Of a stretch of 64,000 nt of DNA, positions 63,568 through 64,000 are shown piece by piece. The position numbers and the translations under genes were made by a program. Source of the DNA: Cohnella sp. (GTDB taxonomy: Bacteria; Bacillota; Bacilli; Paenibacillales; Paenibacillaceae); contig NZ_JBEQAP010000031.1 in NCBI RefSeq assembly GCF_041640265.1, forward strand, positions 3,008 through 67,007, given 5' to 3'. Each line of letters starts with the position of its first letter. The stretch's first letter is position 1. The notes under the pieces were generated by a model. It ran no database searches, was not told the DNA's origin, and was given only the letters and a program-made list of their open reading frames with translations.

Positions 63568-64000
63568 TCAGCTGTTATAGAAATATTTTTCAATGACGAG
63601 TGTGACGCCATCCCGATCATTTGTATCCGTAATATAGTCTGCGTTGGCCTTTACCCCATCAGGCGCGTTGCCCATTGCTACACCGAGTCCGGCACTTTGG
63701 ATCATGTCTAGATCGTTATAATTGTCGCCGATTGCCAGCGTACTTCGGCGGTCTGCGCGAAAACGGCCGAGCAGCGCATCCATGGCTTTCGATTTACTAA
63801 CCCCCGGAGACATAATCTCCAGGTACGTGGGCTTTGACTCATAGATCGTCAAATTCGGAAATCGTTCCAATAGAACCTCGCGCAGCGCCGCAATACAACC
63901 CGGATCGCCCATACAAAGCATTTTAAAGACAGGTAACGTTGAACCCGCTATAGACCGTAAATCAAATGGGGTCGGTGCGATGCCGATAATCTGATGCTCC
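63568..64000 (-). CDS. Cof-type HAD-IIB hydrolase (5' part outside window)
   Basis: YLEI..GVSK, GDNYND and AMGNA motifs; frame open to the window end. Confidence 0.9.
   Translation of the reverse strand, partial: EHQIIGIAPTPFDLRSIAGSTLPVFKMLCMGDPGCIAALREVLLERFPNLTIYESKPTYLEIMSPGVSKSKAMDALLGRFRADRRSTLAIGDNYNDLDMIQSAGLGVAMGNAPDGVKANADYITDTNDRDGVTLVIEKYFYNS

Overview
A 64-kb core-chromosome segment of an endospore-forming Bacillota, most consistent with Paenibacillaceae (Cohnella/Paenibacillus-like gene order). Most genes are on the - strand: mreD(partial)-mreC-mreB-radC-maf-DUF4321-SPOR-murC-folC-valS (with T-box), a SpoVID-like LysM gene, the hem cluster (hemA, CcsA/HemX-like, precorrin-2 dehydrogenase, hemC, cobA-hemD fusion, hemB, hemL) split by an oppositely oriented Crp/Fnr gene, speD, engB-lon-lonB, a SWIM-SNF2 helicase, ispG-clpX-clpP-tig and a YsoA-like gene. 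A small variable zone at about 37.6-41 kb holds tRNA-Gly(CCC), tRNA-Arg(TCT), a decayed oxidoreductase, yihY and small ORFs. After it come asnB, rdgB-rph-gerM, a PgpA-family gene, an MBL hydrolase and methyltransferase, five tandem YheC/YheD ATP-grasp genes, a sugar ABC plus two-component locus, a tautomerase and a partial Cof HAD. I found no CRISPR, phage or transposase. The most interesting signals are mostly non-coding: (i) a 166-bp structured mini-island bounded by a duplicated tRNA-Gly 3' end; (ii) a structured speD leader with mutually exclusive pairings over the RBS; (iii) a translationally coupled 24-codon ORF inside the ATP-grasp cluster; (iv) a family of ~51-bp-period hairpin repeats at three loci. 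All gene calls come from motif and family recognition by eye; no database searches were run.
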